A stretch of 64,000 nucleotides of DNA from Parcubacteria bacterium RAAC4_OD1_1 (GTDB taxonomy: Bacteria; Patescibacteriota; Minisyncoccia; Phycocordibacterales; UBA9973), in contig AWSN01000001.1 in assembly GCA_000505065.1 (NCBI GenBank), positions 339,647 through 403,646 of the forward strand. The letters are read 5' to 3'. The notes under the pieces are model-generated. The model ran no database searches, was not told the origin of the DNA, and was given only the letters and a program-made list of their open reading frames with translations. Below are positions 59,436-64,000 of the stretch, piece by piece; position 1 is the stretch's first letter; each line of letters starts with the position of its first letter. The translations under genes and the position numbers were made by a program.

Positions 59436-59692
59436 TAAAAAACTCGTCCACATATAGCAATCCAATAGATTGTTATATAAGGACGAGTTTCTATCCTAAT
59501 TCGCAATGCGAACGGACAAGCCCGTGGTACCACCTTTTTTCTTCCGCAAAGCGGAACTCATTTATAGGGTTCTACCGACTCTTGAGGCCTTGCCTAAAGA
59601 GTTTTCTTCCCAGTGCTAGCCTTATAAATAAGGCAAAGGCTGATAACCTCGATCACACTCTTAAATAATAACACTAATTTAATATATTGCAA
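59436..59692 (-). promoter_or_regulatory. T-box riboswitch (Ile) with promoter and terminator upstream of ileS
   Basis: TTGCAA-N16-TATTAT promoter; short stem I with ATC; stem II GGGAAGAAA...CGGTAGAACCC; T-box AGGTGGTACCACG (59535-59523); terminator AACTCGTCC...GGACGAGTTTTTT. Confidence 0.88.
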
Positions 59693-59737
59693 ACTTCTCA
59701 TAAAATTTTAAAACCCCTTAATTAAGGGGTTTTAAAA

Positions 59738-59863
59738 TTACTTTGATTTCTTTTTACTTTTTTTATTTTCTAGCATTACCTTCTTTATTGCCAATCTTTT
59801 CTTTGTCTTCTTTGAGTGTCTAGATTTTACATGCGGGTGTAATGATGTAGCTCTTTTTGCCAT
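59738..59863 (-). CDS. 41-aa highly basic small protein (absent from ORF track)
   Basis: MAKRATSLHPHVKSRHSKKTKKRLAIKKVMLENKKSKKKSK*, followed directly by a hairpin terminator at 59703-59737. Confidence 0.65.
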   Translation of the reverse strand: MAKRATSLHPHVKSRHSKKTKKRLAIKKVMLENKKSKKKSK

Positions 59864-59957
59864 ATATTTACTTGAGTGAACATTTAAATAAATGTTTTAA
59901 CTTAAATTAATTAATAAATCTACCTACTTATATAATATATTATTTTAAATAAATTAC

Positions 59958-61292
59958 CTAATTTATTATTTCTTCTATTTCGCTCCCCTTTTTATAAATT
60001 ACCAAATCTTTATCACCCAAATCTTCCCAATTCTTTTTTACTTGTCCGACTATCCTCCAAGTTTCTAAGACTTCTTTACCCGAAGTAAAAAATTTATGGT
60101 CTCCTAATATCGCGCTATATATCACCTGCTCATAAGCTTTTGGTAACGATTCATAATGATTCTTAAAATTAAATTCAAGTGTATGGCTTGCTACATCATG
60201 ATCATATCCTGGCTTTTTCGTAAGTAAAGAAAAAGATATTCCTTCATTTGGCTCAAGTCTGAAAAGTAATTCATTAGACTCATGATCACGAACTTTTTTA
60301 TATAAAATCCTTATCTCTGTATATTTCTCTTTTAAAGCTTTACCTGTCGAAAGCTTAATAGATACTCCCTTCCAATTCTTATCACTTGATGAAAGTGAGA
60401 TGGATGCAAAAGTTTCTACATTACTATTATCATTATTAACTTCTTCTTTATATCCCTCATATTGACCTCTAACAGATACAATTTTATTTTTATCTTTTAA
60501 AACTTTTACTTTCTTTAAAGCCTTAAACCTAAGTTCGCCGATATCAGAAATGCTATAATTTTTATCTAGATTTATAAGAGTAAGAGAAAGCAGTCCAAGT
60601 AAATGACTTTGGATAAGGTCACGAAGAGCTCCTGTCTGCTCATAAAAGTTTGCCCGCCCCTCAATACCAATACTTTCACTCACATTAATTTCAATACTAT
60701 TTATAAAATCTTTATTCCAAGTCTTTTTAAAGAGAGAGTTGCCTTCACGGAAAACAAGCAAATTTTGCACAGTTTCTTTCGCCAAATAATGATCTATGCG
60801 ATACACTTTATCCTCATCAAAATATTTATCTATATGAGAAAGCATTAAAGATGCCGAATCATAATCCACCCCAAAAGGCTTTTCTAAAAGTAATTTAGAA
60901 TTATCACTCGCAAGTCCTGACTTACCAATAAGTTCTATAATTTTTGAAGAAGCAAGAGGTGGAACAGAAAGATAAAATAAATATTGTGGATTATCTAAAT
61001 TATATTTTTCTCCAATTTCAAATAAAAACTTTTTTAAAGATAAATAATCTTTAATCTCATTTAAGTCCATTTCAAAAATGTCTATCTTGTCTTTAAGAAT
61101 CTTTTCATCCTCTTCATTCTTACACAATTTACCTTTATTAAAGTTACTTTGCCTAGTGACTCCGACTATCCTAAACTGATCTGGGAGTTTTTCATTTTTA
61201 GATATTTCAGCAAGTGCTGGTAAAAGCTTCCTGGTAGATAAATCCCCAGTTATACCTACTATTATCAATATTGTTGGTCTTAGATTATTCAT
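59958..61292 (-). CDS. zwf: glucose-6-phosphate dehydrogenase
   Basis: GITGDL, EKPFG, RIDHYLAKE, GALRD.IQSH. Confidence 0.95.
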   Translation of the reverse strand: MNNLRPTILIIVGITGDLSTRKLLPALAEISKNEKLPDQFRIVGVTRQSNFNKGKLCKNEEDEKILKDKIDIFEMDLNEIKDYLSLKKFLFEIGEKYNLDNPQYLFYLSVPPLASSKIIELIGKSGLASDNSKLLLEKPFGVDYDSASLMLSHIDKYFDEDKVYRIDHYLAKETVQNLLVFREGNSLFKKTWNKDFINSIEINVSESIGIEGRANFYEQTGALRDLIQSHLLGLLSLTLINLDKNYSISDIGELRFKALKKVKVLKDKNKIVSVRGQYEGYKEEVNNDNSNVETFASISLSSSDKNWKGVSIKLSTGKALKEKYTEIRILYKKVRDHESNELLFRLEPNEGISFSLLTKKPGYDHDVASHTLEFNFKNHYESLPKAYEQVIYSAILGDHKFFTSGKEVLETWRIVGQVKKNWEDLGDKDLVIYKKGSEIEEIIN

Positions 61293-62190
61293 TTATTTTA
61301 TGCCCACCGAAAGCATTTCGCATAGAAGCGAGTAGTTTGGTAGCAAAATTAATTTTACCTTTTTGTGACTCTATTCGTACATCAAAAGAAGAAGAGATGG
61401 CTGGTGTCTCTATATCATATTCTTTTGCCACTTCAAGTGCCCATCTTGCCTCCCCTGATTCAGACACAGTTCCGCTCACTCCCTCCTGATTAGGATTTTC
61501 TTTTAATGCATCACGAGTAAGTTCATTAAGCCAAGAAGTAATCACGCTTCTGTGTTGCCATACATCACCGGCTTTATACAAATCCAAATTCTTGTATGGT
61601 CCTTCTTTAAGAAGTCTATACCCCTCAGCGAGTGACTCCATCATCCCGTATTCTATAGCATTGTGTACCATTTTTACATAATGTCCCGATCCACTCTCAC
61701 CAAAATAAGCATACATCCCTGTAGGACTTTTCAGGGTTTCAAGCATAGGCTTTATGTACTCTATTGATTCGCTATCTCCTCCTATCATCATAGAGAATCC
61801 ATTTTGGTACCCCCACACTCCTCCACTAGTGCCTATATCAATAAATTTAAATCCAGAAGAAGAGAGTTCTTCACTTCTCCTTTTTGTATCCACAAAACGA
61901 GAATTCCCACCATCTATAATGATACTTTCTTTAGGTAGTATTTTTACCCATTCTTTCATTTCATCATCTACAGTCTCGTGGGGTATCATCATCCAAAGGA
62001 CAATCTTCTCGTCACCACTAAAATTTCCTAAAGCTTCTTCTTTAGTATAAGCTCCCACCATCCCCAATTCTTTATGTACATCAACTTTTTCTTTTCCTCT
62101 ATTATGAGCGATAACTATGTGCCCACCTTCGTGGAGCTTCTTCGCAATTTGTGAACCCATCCTCCCCAAACCTGATATAATAATTTTCAT
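61285..62190 (-). CDS. gnd: 6-phosphogluconate dehydrogenase (short, decarboxylating)
   Basis: GLGRMG, DGGNS, GTSGG, VKMVHNAIEYG, MRNAFGGH. Confidence 0.95.
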   Translation of the reverse strand: MKIIISGLGRMGSQIAKKLHEGGHIVIAHNRGKEKVDVHKELGMVGAYTKEEALGNFSGDEKIVLWMMIPHETVDDEMKEWVKILPKESIIIDGGNSRFVDTKRRSEELSSSGFKFIDIGTSGGVWGYQNGFSMMIGGDSESIEYIKPMLETLKSPTGMYAYFGESGSGHYVKMVHNAIEYGMMESLAEGYRLLKEGPYKNLDLYKAGDVWQHRSVITSWLNELTRDALKENPNQEGVSGTVSESGEARWALEVAKEYDIETPAISSSFDVRIESQKGKINFATKLLASMRNAFGGHKINE

Positions 62191-62191
62191 T

Positions 62192-62845
62192 TTATTTATA
62201 ATCTGTAAAAACTGTTAATTGTTTGACCTTTTTTAAAATTTGAGCAGGCATTTCTTCTTTATTGATATCTTTATTTAAATTCTCCACCATAGCCCATTTA
62301 TCACTACCAAAAACATAAAGAAATACTTCATCAAGATTTTCTAAAATTTTAAATGTTGTGGTAAATCTCTCAAAAACCCCTCCATCATAATAGCATAATA
62401 GCCCATCTTCAAACACAGCCGGACTTTTAGGAAGTATCCCCCCTGTATGACCATCACTACCCATCCCCATAAAAGCTACCTTATAATCTGCTTTTAAAAT
62501 AGCATCACGCAATTCCCTTTCTAAATAAGATTTTGTTTCCTCTACACTTTTACCAATCAAAAATGGTATAAGTTTTTTGTTTTCAAAATTGAAACCCAAA
62601 TTTTTCAATTTTTCCCAATTTGAATCTTTGTGTCCCACTTCTCCCCATCTTTCATCTGAAAGTGTTATCGTCAAATTATCTTCATTAAAGTTTTCAAGTT
62701 TTTGAGAAACCAAAACTTCTGTTTCCAATGATGACCCTCCACAAACAAAAAACAAAACCTTTTTACCTTCTTTTAATTTTTGATTTATAATAGAAGCCAC
62801 ATATTCTGCTATCTCTTCTTTGTTTAAATTATTTTTGATTTCCAT
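62192..62845 (-). CDS. pgl: 6-phosphogluconolactonase
   Basis: GGSS, DER, DSN, GMGSDGHT; operon with gnd and zwf. Confidence 0.88.
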   Translation of the reverse strand: MEIKNNLNKEEIAEYVASIINQKLKEGKKVLFFVCGGSSLETEVLVSQKLENFNEDNLTITLSDERWGEVGHKDSNWEKLKNLGFNFENKKLIPFLIGKSVEETKSYLERELRDAILKADYKVAFMGMGSDGHTGGILPKSPAVFEDGLLCYYDGGVFERFTTTFKILENLDEVFLYVFGSDKWAMVENLNKDINKEEMPAQILKKVKQLTVFTDYK

Positions 62846-62875
62846 ATTCTCAATTATACCACCCCACCCAATTTT

Positions 62876-62915
62876 AAAAAACCCAGATAGGGGTCGGACC
62901 CCTATCTGGGTTTTT
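62876..62915. repeat. perfect palindrome (family C-like)
   Basis: AAAAACCCAGATAGGGGTC-G-GACCCCTATCTGGGTTTTT between divergent promoters. Confidence 0.7.
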
Positions 62916-62959
62916 CTTATTTAAATCTTGACTTTTAAGTAAATAAGAATAAGATACTA

Positions 62960-63287
62960 GAAAATTATCCATAAAAACCTCGGGCAAGGAACCAACACCG
63001 ATTGCCAGGTTCAGGAAATTTTTTCTTTAAAACTGATGAATTGAACTTTACTGTTTGAGAAAAACATTGGAATACATATACCCTATGGTCAGGGTCTCGT
63101 CCAAAGTATTCCAAAGTAAAGGAAACGAAAGTAGAGTCAACGCAAAATCGGGCTCATTCCGTTACTTTTGTTTCAGCAATTCAATTAAATTTTGCTTTGG
63201 GGGTCGGTCGTAACTATAACGATCTTCCTTTTATACACTGCCCAAAGCTTTAGCCTCACCCAATCTTCGGACGGTGAGGCTTTTTTT
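62960..63287 (+). ncRNA. candidate ~320-nt structured ncRNA with a 23S helix-69-like hairpin
   Basis: Promoter TTGACT-N16-TAAGAT (62928-62955), nested stems, GGTCGTAACTATAACGATC, plus-strand terminator AGCCTCACC...GGTGAGGC-T7. Confidence 0.65.
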
Positions 63288-63291
63288 ATTT

Positions 63292-64000
63292 CTACATCCT
63301 CTCCGGAATTTCGATTCCTAAGAGCCAAAGGCCATTTTTCATAGTTTGATAAAATGATTTTATGAGATTCAAATGGTAATTCATATATTTATTTTCCTCA
63401 ACAAGAATTTGGGTATTGCCATAGAAAGTGTTAAATTCACTTGCGAGCTTTGTAAGATAAACTGCAATATGATGCGGAGCAAGCTCTTGATAAGAGTATT
63501 CTACAATCTCAGGGAATTGATATAATAATTTTTCAAAATCATTAATAATTTCTGGAATTATCCCTATGTCCAGGCCTTGCCTGGACACAATATCTTTTGC
63601 TTTATTTAAAATCGAATTTGCTCGTACAGCAGAGTATTGAAGGTATGGACCTGAATCACCATCGAAAGAAATTGATTTATCTTGGTCATAAACAATATCA
63701 GAACCTAATGATGATCTAAGTATTGAATATTTTAAAGCTGAAACTCCCACTATCCTTGAAATATCATTTTTTTCTTCATCCTGTATATCTCTTTCTTTTA
63801 TTTTTTCTAACACAATATTCATCGAATCATTGAGTAAAGATTCCCCTGTAACTACATTCCCTTTTCTTGAAGACATTTTACCATCAGCAAAACGCATCAT
63901 TCCATGAGTTATATGCAACATTCTTTTCTCATAATCAGGGTGAATGAGTGAAATAGCCTTCTGGACCACTTTCATATATTCTGCTTGTTCAGTAGCAGTT
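63292..64000 (-). CDS. argS: arginine--tRNA ligase, C-terminal part (5' end outside the window)
   Basis: KMSSRKGN, GDSGPYLQY..VRA.SIL, PH, FN.FY, LGI..PERM. Confidence 0.96.
   Translation of the reverse strand, partial: TATEQAEYMKVVQKAISLIHPDYEKRMLHITHGMMRFADGKMSSRKGNVVTGESLLNDSMNIVLEKIKERDIQDEEKNDISRIVGVSALKYSILRSSLGSDIVYDQDKSISFDGDSGPYLQYSAVRANSILNKAKDIVSRQGLDIGIIPEIINDFEKLLYQFPEIVEYSYQELAPHHIAVYLTKLASEFNTFYGNTQILVEENKYMNYHLNLIKSFYQTMKNGLWLLGIEIPERM
63567..63587. repeat. family C palindrome in-frame in argS
   Basis: TGTCCAGG-CCTTG-CCTGGACA, encoding VSRQGLDI. Confidence 0.7.

Noticed and set aside
1744-62050. Many short antisense or alternate-frame ORFs in the track, including those over tRNA-Gln and tRNA-Leu
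   Set aside because: They are shadows of well-supported genes or tRNAs and have no motifs.
63033-63195. Hammerhead ribozyme (CTGATGA core)
   Set aside because: The base after the putative stem II reads TAAA rather than GAAA, and stems I and III are unconvincing.
63085-63213. 42-codon ORF MVRVSSKVFQ... inside the candidate ncRNA
   Set aside because: It lies within strong stems far from the promoter and has atypical codons. It is probably incidental but not excluded.

Overview
AT-rich core-genome segment that looks like a Patescibacteria/CPR (Parcubacteria-like) bacterium. This is an inference from the divergent 16S 5' end, the eukaryote-type GlyRS, a type-2 IleRS with a fused histidine-phosphatase domain, short DnaX and Rel proteins, and promoters abutting start codons. 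It holds the 5' end of a 16S rRNA gene, five canonical tRNAs, about 50 mostly housekeeping CDSs and an ileS T-box. There is no CRISPR array, integrase, transposase or reverse transcriptase. The most unusual signals are mostly non-coding. (1) A promoter- and terminator-bounded ~320-nt structured RNA at 62960-63287 carries a boxA-like site and a covarying copy of 23S rRNA helix 69. (2) A second independent transcript at 10138-10345 begins with a near-canonical tRNA cloverleaf whose anticodon is UUA (ochre), followed by a boxA-like site and a branched stem. (3) At least five families of small palindromic repeats sit between genes, next to tRNA ends, inside a riboswitch and in-frame inside essential proteins (TopA, IleRS, ArgRS, Dus), and two of them duplicate start codons (clpB, ssb). 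(4) Two tandem secreted proteins share four copies of an ~80-aa domain I do not recognise, alongside peptidoglycan-binding domains and, in one of them, TSP1 modules.
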